64,000 nt of DNA from an uncultured Acidobacteriota bacterium (GTDB lineage Bacteria; Acidobacteriota; Thermoanaerobaculia; Multivoradales; UBA5704), in contig CAVWNC010000003.1 of assembly GCA_963756455.1 (NCBI GenBank), positions 2,456,090-2,520,089 of the forward strand, given 5' to 3'. The notes beneath the pieces are model-generated. The model did no database searches, was not told the origin of the DNA, and saw nothing but the letters and a program-made list of their open reading frames with translations. The number at the start of each line of letters is the position of its first letter. The stretch's first letter is position 1. Both the position numbers and the translations under genes were made by a program. This document shows positions 1-9,256 of the stretch, one piece after another.

Positions 1-956
1 ACGTTCTCGGCCCCGAGCTCCCCCTCGACCACGGTGAGCGGCCGGCCGGCATAGAAGTCGGACTTCTTGAAAGCCCAGGCGCGGCCCAGGGTATTGATCC
101 CGTCGGGCAGGAAGATGGTGGCGCCCATGTAAACCGCGTCGCGCCCCACCCCGAGCTGGGGGAAGTCGAAGAAGTCGCCGTCCTCGGTCGTCGTGGGGAT
201 GAAATAGCGATACCAGGCGCCGGTCGGATCCGAGGTCGCCGAGACGGCGATGCAGTAGCCGGCGTTGTAGACGTCGATGCCGACGATGTAGCGGTCCGTA
301 GACTCGTCATAGGTTACGGAGGGGTCGAAATACTTCGGCGCACAACCGTCGACGTCGGCGAAGAAGGCGTTGAAGTAGATCGGGCCGGAGAGCAGGTGAG
401 CCGATTTGTCGGCGACCTCGAAGGCGACGTTGACCACCGTCACGATGTAGTTGCGCCCCACCGCCATCTGGGTGTCGGGCGGCACGGGGTTGCAGACCGC
501 CCCGGTCGGCGTGCGGCAGGCCTGACTGCCGTCGGTCGCGTCGCCGAGCCGGGTGATCCGGAGGTTGCTGCCGAGGGTGAGATCCTTGGCGTCCGCCTTC
601 TCCAGGCGCTGGACCCGGGAGCTCGGCGGGGTCCGCTTCGCCTGCTCCTGCAACCGCGCCACCTCCTGGGGCGAGATGGGCCGCTCCTCCATGGGCTCAT
701 TCTCTTCGGACTCGATTTCCGGCGCGCCCCCTTGCTTGGCCGCACGGAGCACCGCATCCTTGAGCTCGATCCGCGAGCCGGCGATGGGAGCGTAACGGCC
801 GAGCTCGTCCCACTGGGCGAGCCGGACTCGCGGCCTTCCACCTCCGGATCCGGTATCGGCGGGGGCGGCCCTCTGGATCGAGGGCTTGATGCCCGCGTGG
901 CGGGTGAAGGTGCCTGGGGACTTCCGCGAAGGCCAGGGCGGCGATCGACGAGAGCG
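1..956 (-). CDS. secreted hypothetical protein, N-terminal part of the body (continues past the left edge)
   Basis: Minus-strand frame is open from the TGA at 957-959 down to the window edge. Composition is ordinary (..VGRNYIVTVVNVAFEV..YCIAVSATSDPTGAWYRYF..). It is absent from the ORF track because it runs off the edge. Its signal peptide lies in another frame (697..984), see finding. Confidence 0.6.
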
Positions 957-1124
957 TCAACAGCAGCAGGGACAGATTTTTCATCCACGGTCTCCTTTCT
1001 CAGGCGACAGGTCTCCGAATGCCCACGGCATACCCTCCCGCCGGAGCCGTGAGCTCGGCGGCCGGCCGTCAGGCTGGCGGCGGTGTCACTTATGGAGTGT
1101 GGCCGCACCGAGGAGCCGGGACAG

Positions 1125-1763
1125 TCAAGCGGTCCTTCGAGGGCGCAAAGCTTCGATGGCGACCGGCACCAGGGAAATGACGATGATGGCGACGATCACG
1201 TAGTGGAAGTTTCGCTTGATCACCGGCTGGTTGCCGAAGAAATAGCCCGCGAAGAGGAAAGCGGAAACCCAGATCACGCCACCGGCGACGTTCCAGGCCG
1301 CGAAGCGGCGATAGCTCATGCGGCCGATGCCGGCGATGAACGGGGCGAAGGTGCGGACGATGGGGACGAAGCGGGAGAGGAAGATGGCCTTACCGCCGTA
1401 GCGCGCGTAGAACTCCTCCGCCTGCGTCAGGTGCTTCTTGTGGAGCCACCAGGAGTCCTCGCGGCTGAAGACCCGGGGACCGACCGCTCGGCCGACCGCG
1501 TAGTTGACCGCGTCGCCGGCGATCGCCGCAACGACGAGGAGAATGGCGAGGAGCGGGAGCGACAGGGTCGAGCCGTTGGCCGCCGCCAGGGCGCCGACCG
1601 CGAAGAGCAGCGAGTCGCCGGGGAGAAACGGGGTGACGACGAGGCCGGTCTCCAGGAAAATGACGAGGAAGAGAGCGACGTAGAACCAGGGGCCGAGCAC
1701 CTGGACGCCCTGGATCAGGTGGACGTCCAGGTGCAGGAAGTAGTCGAGGATCTGGTGGATCAT
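1125..1763 (-). CDS. DedA/SNARE-associated family membrane protein
   Basis: 212 aa, multi-TM. Contains the typical DedA stretch ..FLETGLVVTPFLPGDSLLF..YGGKAIFLSRFVPIVRTFAPFIAG.. Confidence 0.85.
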   Translation of the reverse strand: MIHQILDYFLHLDVHLIQGVQVLGPWFYVALFLVIFLETGLVVTPFLPGDSLLFAVGALAAANGSTLSLPLLAILLVVAAIAGDAVNYAVGRAVGPRVFSREDSWWLHKKHLTQAEEFYARYGGKAIFLSRFVPIVRTFAPFIAGIGRMSYRRFAAWNVAGGVIWVSAFLFAGYFFGNQPVIKRNFHYVIVAIIVISLVPVAIEALRPRRTA

Positions 1764-1784
1764 GGGGGGTCCTTGCGGTTCGAG

Positions 1785-2480
1785 TTAGGGTGAGCGCTCG
1801 GCGAGCGCGCGGACCAGGGCGACTCCCGAGGAGGTCCCCAGCCGCGTCGCCCCGGCGTCGAGAAGGGCGAGCGCCGTGTCGAGGTCTTTGATGCCGCCCG
1901 AGGCCTTGACGCCGATCCGGCCTGATACCGTAGCGACGAGGAGCCGGACGTCCGCGACCGTGGCGCCCGACTTGGCGAAACCGGTCGAGGTCTTGACGAA
2001 GTCGGCGCCGCATTCTACGGCCAACCGGGCCGCGCGGACCTTCTCGGCGTCGGAGAGGAGAGCGGTTTCGACGATCACCTTGAGGGTGAGCCTGGGCCGG
2101 CCCGCTTTCCCGGCAGCCTCCCGCGCCGCCTCCACCCAGGCGGCAAGGTCGTCCAGCACCCTGCCGTCCTCTCCACCCTTGAGCCAGGAGACGTTGAGCA
2201 CCGTGTCGAGCTCGTCGGCCCCGTCGGCGATCGCCTGGAACGACTCCGCCCGCCGCACCGCGGGATGGCTGTAGCCGAGCGGAAAGGCGACGACCGTCCC
2301 CACCCGGACCGCGGTGCCGGCGAGGAGCTCGGCCGCCAGTACGACGTGGACGGGCGGGATGCAGACCGCGGCGAAGCCGTGCTCGGCCGCCGCCTCGACC
2401 ACCCGCCGCACCTCGGGCGCCGTGGCGTCCGGACGGAGGAGGGTATGGTCGATGTGGCGGGCGAGCTCGCCGGCGTTCAT
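1785..2480 (-). CDS. deoC: deoxyribose-phosphate aldolase
   Basis: 231 aa. Motifs IDHTLLRPDAT, VCIPP, DFVKTSTGF (Schiff-base Lys) and VKASGGI. Confidence 0.9.
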   Translation of the reverse strand: MNAGELARHIDHTLLRPDATAPEVRRVVEAAAEHGFAAVCIPPVHVVLAAELLAGTAVRVGTVVAFPLGYSHPAVRRAESFQAIADGADELDTVLNVSWLKGGEDGRVLDDLAAWVEAAREAAGKAGRPRLTLKVIVETALLSDAEKVRAARLAVECGADFVKTSTGFAKSGATVADVRLLVATVSGRIGVKASGGIKDLDTALALLDAGATRLGTSSGVALVRALAERSP

Positions 2481-4792
2481 CGGGCCGGGACGGCCACGCC
2501 CTGGGCGTTGACGGTCACCCGGGCGAGCTCGACCCCGGTGTAGTAGTGGAGGAGGATGTCCTTATAGGTGTGGCCGCGCTGGGCCATGCCGTAGGCGCCC
2601 ACCTGGCACATGCCGACCCCGTGCCCCCAGCCGCGGCCGGTGAAGAGCCAGCCCGCCTCCTTGTGCGGCGGCTCCAGGCGCTTGGCGGTGAAGAGGGTAT
2701 CGGGGACGTCGAGGGTCCAGCGCACGGCGAGACCTTCGACCTCGGCCGATTCGTGGTCGCCGTCGATGCGGATCTTCCCCACCCTCCCGGAGACTCCCCG
2801 CGAGAGGATCTCGAAACCCCGGTAGCCGAGCCCCGGGAGCCGGGTCTGCACCTGGCTCGCGATCTGCGAGTCGGTCTTGAAGCGGGTCCAGGAGCTCCAG
2901 TGGCTGGTGCGGTCGTAGGCCGCTCCCTCGGGGTCGATCTCCTGCTGGGCGGCGAGCAGCCGGTCGCCCTGCCAGTAGAGGGTCAGGCGGTCGCCCGGCA
3001 CGAGCCCCAGGGTGCCGCTCCGGGTCTCGCTGCCGCTCTTCCTGAACGTGGCGAGGCTCGGTGGGAGCGCGTAGGTCTTCTCCTCTTTGCCCGACTTGAC
3101 GGTGATCTTGCCCTTGTCTGGAGAGAGACCGACCGAGAGATCGAGCGAGAGGAACGAAGTCTCCTCCCGGCGCACCACCTGCACCATCTCGGCGAAGGCT
3201 AAGAGCATGCGCTCGATCTCGTCGTAGGCGAGCGGCCGGTCGGGAGCGCCGGTGACGAGCCCGCTCCGCAGGAGCCAGGCGGCGCGCCTGCGGTCCTCCT
3301 CGCTCCAGTCGGGAGGCGGCGACTGCACGAGATAGGCGACGTCTTCGGGAGCCAGGAGGAGACGGGCGTCGAGGGTGAGGTCGAAGGCGGCGGCGACGAA
3401 GCGCTGCACCTCCCGGCGGTCGAGCGAATGGAGGGTGGTGTTCGGCGGCGACAGTCCGGCCAAGGTCGCGAGCTGCACCAGCCGGGCGGCGAGCGCCGAA
3501 GGCGCGGTCGCCGGGGTCGCCGGGGACAGGGCGGCCGGCGGCGGCAGCAGGCGCCGGGTGAGCCCCTCGGGGAAAGGAACACCGGCGGCCAGGTCGCCGG
3601 TCAGGTCCGCCGTCCCCGCCTCGACGCAGGGAACGCCCTTCAGATAGGGCTCCTCTTTCAACGGGAACATCACCTTGGCGTCCTCCGTGTGGCCGCCGCA
3701 GGTCGAGCTGTAGAGGGCGTCGACGAGCTCGCCCTGGTAGAGGAGAACCTGGCCCGCGGTCTCCGCGACGGCGCGGTCGGAGAGCGGGTGCTCGGCGTCG
3801 ATGCCGCCGTAGACCTGGCAGCGCGGGGTGGCGCAGATGTCGTAGCCCTCGCGGTTGAACTCGCCGAGGTTCTTGAGCGCATAGGTGCGGGCGGCGACCG
3901 CCTGCGCCTTGAGCGCCTCGACCTGGGAGTACTGCTCCGGCCCCATCTCCGAGGGCACCACCCCGCGGAGGTACTGCTCCAAAGGCAGGTCGTTGATCAG
4001 GTTGAGCGTGCCGCGGTCGTTCAGGAAGACGAGGATGCGGCCGCGGTAGCGGTGCCCCTCGGCGCGGACGGTCCCGCCGTCGCTGTCGATCGCCATCCAG
4101 CGCCCGGGGAGGACGGAGGTCGTCGACCCTTGGGTGAGCCGGAGGGCCGGAGCGGAGACCTTGGCCCCCTCGGAGACCACCCAGGCGCCGGTCACCCCGA
4201 GGGTCGAGAGGCGCTTCGCCTCGGCCTCCGCCTCCTCGCGCGAGGCGAAGCGGCCGAGGCGGATGCGGTAGAGGTCGATCCCGGCGTCGAAGTGGGCGTC
4301 GCCCGGCTGGCCGGTCTGGCTCTCCAGGCGCGCCGCCAGATCCTGGGCCTGGTGCTCGTCGCGGAGCGCGGCGACCTGCAACCTGAAGAGGCCGGCCTGC
4401 GCGGTCCCGCCGGCGGGCTCGATGCGCACCGGCTGCACCATGGCGAGGACCCGGTCGTCGCCCGACACCGTCGTGTCCCCCGAGCAGCAGGGGAGGGTGA
4501 CCGCGGCGAGGTCGCTCGCCAGGCCGACCCGGATCCGTTGTGGGCTCGCCGGAGTGGAACCGGTGGCGGGCGGCGGCGCTTCCGGTGCCGGCGCGGGTGC
4601 CGGGGTCGGGGCGGGCCGGGACGGCTGGGTCGGCTGGGACGGCTGGGACGACGGCGAGGGACGGCTGCCCGGGCGACCGGTCGAGCCGGCAGCCGGGCGG
4701 GGGGCGGTTTTCGGCCGGGCGGGCTGGGTCGAGCCGGCGCAGCCGAAGGCGGCGAAGAGCAGCAGGGCCAGGGGAATCTGAAGCTTTTTCAC
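2477..4792 (-). CDS. SpoIID/LytB-domain lipoprotein with SPOR domain
   Basis: I trimmed the 1207-aa track ORF to the in-frame GTG at 4792 (VKKLQIPLALLLFAAFGC, lipobox). The SPOR-like segment is LFRLQVAAL..YRIRLGRFASREEAEAEA. The SpoIID core is ..VVPSEMG..ALKAQAVAARTYAL..YSSTCGGHTED... The GTGA overlap with the upstream gene's stop suggests translational coupling. Confidence 0.85.
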   Translation of the reverse strand: MKKLQIPLALLLFAAFGCAGSTQPARPKTAPRPAAGSTGRPGSRPSPSSQPSQPTQPSRPAPTPAPAPAPEAPPPATGSTPASPQRIRVGLASDLAAVTLPCCSGDTTVSGDDRVLAMVQPVRIEPAGGTAQAGLFRLQVAALRDEHQAQDLAARLESQTGQPGDAHFDAGIDLYRIRLGRFASREEAEAEAKRLSTLGVTGAWVVSEGAKVSAPALRLTQGSTTSVLPGRWMAIDSDGGTVRAEGHRYRGRILVFLNDRGTLNLINDLPLEQYLRGVVPSEMGPEQYSQVEALKAQAVAARTYALKNLGEFNREGYDICATPRCQVYGGIDAEHPLSDRAVAETAGQVLLYQGELVDALYSSTCGGHTEDAKVMFPLKEEPYLKGVPCVEAGTADLTGDLAAGVPFPEGLTRRLLPPPAALSPATPATAPSALAARLVQLATLAGLSPPNTTLHSLDRREVQRFVAAAFDLTLDARLLLAPEDVAYLVQSPPPDWSEEDRRRAAWLLRSGLVTGAPDRPLAYDEIERMLLAFAEMVQVVRREETSFLSLDLSVGLSPDKGKITVKSGKEEKTYALPPSLATFRKSGSETRSGTLGLVPGDRLTLYWQGDRLLAAQQEIDPEGAAYDRTSHWSSWTRFKTDSQIASQVQTRLPGLGYRGFEILSRGVSGRVGKIRIDGDHESAEVEGLAVRWTLDVPDTLFTAKRLEPPHKEAGWLFTGRGWGHGVGMCQVGAYGMAQRGHTYKDILLHYYTGVELARVTVNAQGVAVPAR

Positions 4793-5754
4793 GTGGCGAG
4801 CGGGCTGCCGGTGCCCCGCGTCGTTTCGCTCCGTACGAGCGCGACGAGGGTGCCGCCCAGGGCGATGAGCAGCAGACCCTGGGTCAAGGAGGCGATGAGG
4901 GTGAAGCCGATCTCCGCCGCGGCCCGGAGGAGCGGCCGGCCGGCCAGGAGGAAGGTCGCGGTCTGCACCGCGAAACCAGCTCCGGCGAGGAGCGCGAAGG
5001 GCAGCAGGAAGAGGACGAAGAGGAAGAGCACGGCTCCCAGCCGGGCGCCGAGCACTTCGAGCCCGATCCGGGAGGCGGCACGGAGGCCCGAGCCTTCGCG
5101 CGCCAGATCGGCCTGGGCGACGGCGTACCAGAGGAGGAGGACGAGGAAAACGAAGCCGAGCGGCAGAGCGCCGCCGCAGCCGATCCCCAAAGCCCCGCCC
5201 TCCCCCCAGCGGGCCGCCCCGCCCAAGGTCGCCGACATCCAGAAGGGGACCGCGATGGTCCAGAGGAGAAGGAAGAAACCGGCCAGGTTGGCGAAGCCGA
5301 AGTAACGACGGCCGTAGAGCCCAGCCCAGCCGAAAAAGTTTCTCCAGGCGAAGGTGCGGAAGGTTCGGAGGCTGCGGCGTCCGTGCGCCGTTCCCGGCAG
5401 GGCCTGGCGGTCGGCGGAGTGCAGCACGCCGTAGGTGCCGGCCTGCACCCAGGCATGGAGAAGGACGGCGAGGAGCCACAGCACCAGCATGCCGAAGAGG
5501 GCGGCGCCTAAGAGGAGGAGGCGCCCCTGGGCGCGCAGCAGGAGGTCGGAGCCGGTCTGGTCCAGATCTTCCGGCAAGCCGGCGTTGCCGGTCGTCGCCC
5601 AGTCGTAACCCAGGGCGACGAAGGGGAGGACGGAGCCGGCGAGGACCAGGGCGGTGAAGGCGAAGCCGTGCAACCACTGGACGATCACCAGCTCCCAGTT
5701 CGCCCCCGAGCTCGCGAGGCCACGGCGCAGGCAGTCGATGGCGGAGAGCCTCAT
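4789..5754 (-). CDS. polytopic membrane protein, unknown function
   Basis: 321 aa with about 7 hydrophobic helices and ordinary composition. It is in an operon with flanking genes, with 4-bp overlaps at both ends. Confidence 0.65.
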   Translation of the reverse strand: MRLSAIDCLRRGLASSGANWELVIVQWLHGFAFTALVLAGSVLPFVALGYDWATTGNAGLPEDLDQTGSDLLLRAQGRLLLLGAALFGMLVLWLLAVLLHAWVQAGTYGVLHSADRQALPGTAHGRRSLRTFRTFAWRNFFGWAGLYGRRYFGFANLAGFFLLLWTIAVPFWMSATLGGAARWGEGGALGIGCGGALPLGFVFLVLLLWYAVAQADLAREGSGLRAASRIGLEVLGARLGAVLFLFVLFLLPFALLAGAGFAVQTATFLLAGRPLLRAAAEIGFTLIASLTQGLLLIALGGTLVALVRSETTRGTGSPLAT

Positions 5755-6665
5755 GGGGCGACGCGAGCCTTGTACAGCTTGTGCTCGCGGCGGAAATCGG
5801 CGACCGCGGTGAGCTCGATCGGCTGCGCCATCTCATAGAGGCGGGAGACCAGAGCCGCCTGGATGCGCGAGGTGAGGAGGTGGACCGGCTCCGCCGCCGC
5901 CGCCGGCACCGTCCCCAGCGGGTCGCGGCCGCGGTCGAGCCGCTCGGGTACCCCTCGGACGACGGCGGCCTGGGCGACCGCCGCCTCTTTTCCCGGCAGC
6001 CGGTAGTTGGTGGTGAAGATCGTCGGCAGCTTTCGCGAGTAGCGCTGATTGATGACGAGATAGAGGATGTCGCGCACCCAGGGGGTCGCCTGCTGGGCAC
6101 CGAGCTCGTCCAAGACCAGCACGTCCGCCTCGGTCAGGGGATCGAGGACGGCGTGCTTCGATTCCTGGGAGCCGGGATCGAAGGTGGCCTGGATCTGGTG
6201 GAGGAGCGCGCCGAACTCGACGAAGCGGCCACGCACCCCGTAGCGCTCGACGAGCTCCCGGAGCACGCCGACCGCGAGGTGGGTCTTGCCGGTCCCCGGA
6301 GGGCCGATGAAGAGGAGGCCCGATTCGCTCCATCCGCCGCCCTCTTTCAGGAACTGGTCGACATAGCTCCGCGCCGTCGTGCGCGCCTGGACGAGCTGGT
6401 TGTGCTCGTGGGCGTCCGGGCTGGAGACGAAGAAGCTCGCGATTTTACAGTGGGCGTAGCGATCGGGGATGGCGGCCGCGGCGAGCAGGTGGCTCGCGCG
6501 CTGCCGCTGCCGGCAGGCGCACGGCCGCGCCCGCCCTGCCCCACCGTCCGGAGCGATCACCCAGCCGCTCCCCCCACACTCGGGGCAGAGGGCGGACGTC
6601 ACCTCGCTCTGCGGCATGGGGAGATGGTAGCACGGGGGGAACGCGCCGATCTCAGCCGCGGGCAA
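5751..6665 (-). CDS. DnaC/DnaI/IstB-like AAA+ ATPase with N-terminal Cys4 zinc ribbon (putative helicase loader)
   Basis: Walker A is IGPPGTGKTHLA and Walker B is VLVLDELG. The segment RYSRKLPTIFTTNY is also present. The N-terminus has CPECGGSGW..CAC. The start could instead be the ATG at 6617. Confidence 0.75.
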   Translation of the reverse strand: MPAAEIGAFPPCYHLPMPQSEVTSALCPECGGSGWVIAPDGGAGRARPCACRQRQRASHLLAAAAIPDRYAHCKIASFFVSSPDAHEHNQLVQARTTARSYVDQFLKEGGGWSESGLLFIGPPGTGKTHLAVGVLRELVERYGVRGRFVEFGALLHQIQATFDPGSQESKHAVLDPLTEADVLVLDELGAQQATPWVRDILYLVINQRYSRKLPTIFTTNYRLPGKEAAVAQAAVVRGVPERLDRGRDPLGTVPAAAAEPVHLLTSRIQAALVSRLYEMAQPIELTAVADFRREHKLYKARVAP

Positions 6666-8193
6666 CCGCCGCCGCCGAAGCCGCCGCCGCCACCCGCGCC
6701 ACCAGCTGCGCCAAAGCGGCGTCGGGCTCGGTGCCCTCGCCTTTCAGGAGCAGCTCGGTGTCGAGCACGAGGGCGGGGAGGCGGGCGAGGAGGCTCTCCG
6801 GCATGCGGGAGGCGGCGAGGTAGGCGCGGTGGAGGCGGAAGGGGTGGATGCCGGTCAGGGGGTTCTTGCCGCCGGTGGGGAGGGCGGCCTGGAGGTTGGG
6901 GGCATGGCGATCCTTGAAGCGGCCGTAGTTCTCCTCCCCCGCCGGGACGCGGGCGAGCCGCATCATGCCGCGGAGCGCCGTCAGCTGGCGACAGAAGGAG
7001 GCGAAGAGAGAGAAAAAGGAGAGGCGCATGGCGAGCGGATCCTCGGCGGCGCCGATCAGGCGGTGCAGGCGGTCGAGCGCCTCACTCGGGCGCCCCTGGG
7101 CCACGGCGTCGAGGAGCTGCCAGACGTCCTCCTCGCCGCGATCCACGACCGCCCGCTCGACCAGCTTGCGGTCGATCTTCCCTCCCGGGGCGAGCCCGGC
7201 GAGCTTCCGGTACTCGCCGGCGAAGCGGGCGGTCGAATCCGCCTCGGCGGCGGTCGAGGCGCCCTTCCTCCCGTCCCCCTCCTGGCGGAGGGTGCGGCGG
7301 GCGAGCTCGGCCAGGGCATCGCGGGCGATGGCGGTCCCGGTCTGCCGTTCGAGCTCGGTCGCCAGGCGCTCGACCCCCTCCCAGGCGCCTCCCCTCCCGG
7401 CCTCCACCCCGCCGAGCGAGAGCACCGCCTTGCGCTCGGCGAGAAGTGCGACGACGGGATGATCGGCCGGCGCCGTGCGCTCGGCGAGGACCAGGGCATG
7501 CCCCTCCGGCAGCCCGTCGCGGACGAGGGCGGAAAGCTCGGAGAGATCCGAGCCGCCGGTCCCCTGGAGGCCCTCCCGGCGCGCCGCTTCGAGGAGGGCG
7601 ACGAGGCCGGCTTTAAGCTCCTCCAGCTGCCGCTTGCCGCGCTTCGCCCGCCGCCCCGGTCCCCCTTCGAGCGCCCAGGCCGGCAGCTCCCCGATCGCCT
7701 CCTCGGCGCTCCGCGCATAAGGATCGACGTCGAAGAGGTGGAGAGCCTGGAGGAGGCGGACCGCCGCCTGCCGCTCGCGCGCCCCCAGGCCGTGTGTCTC
7801 CCCTTTACTTCCCCCGGTGCTCCCCCCGGTGGGAATGCCTTCCTGGGCGTCGTCGATCAGGCCCGCGGCGGCGCTGCGGTCGGCGAGCACCGCGGTGTCG
7901 ACCGCCAGGAGAACCTTGCCGGGCGCGAAGAGAGAGTAGGTCGCGAGGTCGGCCAGGAGGGGGGCGATCGAGGTCGGCCGGCGGTGGATCTCGACCGTGC
8001 AGCCGATGGCGGCGGCCAGGGTTTCGGCGATCCGCTCGGCCGCTGGCACCGCGAGGACGAGGTCGCCGGAGACCAGGCAGACGTCGGGTCGCCTGGCTCC
8101 AGCACCGCCAGCGGCGCCGGGAGTGGTGAGCCGGGCGAGGAAGGCCTCGACCTCCGGGGACGCTCTCTGGGGGTCGGGTGGGGGGGGAGACAT
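6652..8193 (-). CDS. holA: DNA polymerase III delta subunit-like protein with a large insertion
   Basis: 513 aa. HolA-like stretches are ..SLFAPGKVLLAV.. and ..VWQLLDAVAQGRPSEALDRLHRLI... The assignment rests on motif resemblance only. Confidence 0.55.
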   Translation of the reverse strand: MSPPPPDPQRASPEVEAFLARLTTPGAAGGAGARRPDVCLVSGDLVLAVPAAERIAETLAAAIGCTVEIHRRPTSIAPLLADLATYSLFAPGKVLLAVDTAVLADRSAAAGLIDDAQEGIPTGGSTGGSKGETHGLGARERQAAVRLLQALHLFDVDPYARSAEEAIGELPAWALEGGPGRRAKRGKRQLEELKAGLVALLEAARREGLQGTGGSDLSELSALVRDGLPEGHALVLAERTAPADHPVVALLAERKAVLSLGGVEAGRGGAWEGVERLATELERQTGTAIARDALAELARRTLRQEGDGRKGASTAAEADSTARFAGEYRKLAGLAPGGKIDRKLVERAVVDRGEEDVWQLLDAVAQGRPSEALDRLHRLIGAAEDPLAMRLSFFSLFASFCRQLTALRGMMRLARVPAGEENYGRFKDRHAPNLQAALPTGGKNPLTGIHPFRLHRAYLAASRMPESLLARLPALVLDTELLLKGEGTEPDAALAQLVARVAAAASAAAVARG

Positions 8194-8220
8194 GGAGAGA
8201 GAGGATAGAGAACGGGGGGA

Positions 8221-8255
8221 GAGAAGAAAAGGGCGACCGCTTTTGGGGGTCGCCC
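8221..8255 (-). terminator. intrinsic terminator downstream of dksA
   Basis: The minus strand reads GGGCGACC-cccaaaagc-GGTCGCCC followed by TTTTCTTCTC. Confidence 0.75.
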
Positions 8256-8301
8256 TCGAACCAGAACCGCGCGGGGATTTTCTGAGGGACTTGGAGGGTG
8301 C

Positions 8302-8745
8302 CTAGAGCGCCTCGGCTTCGAGGAGACCCTTCTCGGCGAGCTCCTGGCAGTCGATACAGAAGCGGGCCCAGGGGACCGCCTCCAGACGCGGGGCGGCGAT
8401 CGTCTGGCCACAGTTGGCGCAGCGGCCGTAGGTCGCCTCGTCCATCCGCTTCAGGGCGGCGTCGATCTGGAGGACCAGCTGGCGCTCGCCATCGGAGAGG
8501 GAGAACATCAGCTCGCGGTTGTAGGAGTTGTTGGCGCGGTCCACGATGTCGTCGGTCCCATCGTCCGCCGATTCCTGACCCGCTTTGACATCCTGCTTGT
8601 ACATGTTGACGATCTCAAGCTTTTGCTGCAAAAGCCGCTCGCGCAGGGCGTCATACCCTTCGGTCGACGTTTCCGGGGCAGGCTTGACCTTCTGTGTCTT
8701 GGCCACGCTGCTGTCTCCTTTCGAAATACCCGCGAAGTGGTTCAT
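8302..8745 (-). CDS. dksA: DksA/TraR-family C4 zinc-finger transcription factor
   Basis: 147 aa. It has a coiled-coil part and the CANCGQTI..RLEAVPWARFCIDC zinc finger. Confidence 0.9.
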   Translation of the reverse strand: MNHFAGISKGDSSVAKTQKVKPAPETSTEGYDALRERLLQQKLEIVNMYKQDVKAGQESADDGTDDIVDRANNSYNRELMFSLSDGERQLVLQIDAALKRMDEATYGRCANCGQTIAAPRLEAVPWARFCIDCQELAEKGLLEAEAL

Positions 8746-8749
8746 CCCC

Positions 8750-9238
8750 TCAGATGGGCTCGCGATGATAGCTCATTCCGGCCGCAATGGAGAGCCCGCG
8801 GAAGAGTTGCTCATAAAGCACGGCCCGTGCCAACTCGTGCCCGAGGGTGAGCGGGCCGAGGGAAAGAGTCCAGCGGGAGGCTTCCAGAACCTCGGGCGCG
8901 AGCCCGAGATCGGAGCCGATGGCGAAGGCGATGGCGTGCGGCCATTCGTCCTGGAGGCGGGAAAGGCGGGCGGCGAGACCCGCGGAGTCGATCGTCGTGC
9001 CGCGGCTGTCGAGCGCCACCAGGTAGGTCGGCTCGGGGAGGGCGGCGAGGAGCGCCTTCCCCTCGGCGCGCTGGCGGCCGGGGTCGTCGCCGGAATCCCG
9101 CGCCTTCACGGGGACGTCCCGCACCGGCACGAAACGGGCGATCCGCCGCCTATAGTCGGCGCAGATCTCCTCCCAGCTCGCCCGCTGGTGGCGGCCGGCC
9201 CAGGCGATGAGGAGCTCGCGGCCGGCTGCCTTCGGCAT
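8750..9238 (-). CDS. rlmH: 23S rRNA (pseudouridine1915-N3)-methyltransferase
   Basis: 162 aa SPOUT-type protein. Contains ..AFAIGSDLGL..LSLGPLTLGHELARAVLYEQLFR.. Confidence 0.85.
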   Translation of the reverse strand: MPKAAGRELLIAWAGRHQRASWEEICADYRRRIARFVPVRDVPVKARDSGDDPGRQRAEGKALLAALPEPTYLVALDSRGTTIDSAGLAARLSRLQDEWPHAIAFAIGSDLGLAPEVLEASRWTLSLGPLTLGHELARAVLYEQLFRGLSIAAGMSYHREPI

Positions 9239-9256
9239 TTTATTGGGCTGCCGGCA

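Noticed and set aside
4793-6100. The N-terminal 436 aa of the 1207-aa track ORF 2477..6100.
   Set aside because: It is Arg/Pro/Ser-rich junk that overlaps two well-supported genes in other frames. The real SpoIID gene starts at the in-frame GTG at 4792 with a lipoprotein signal.
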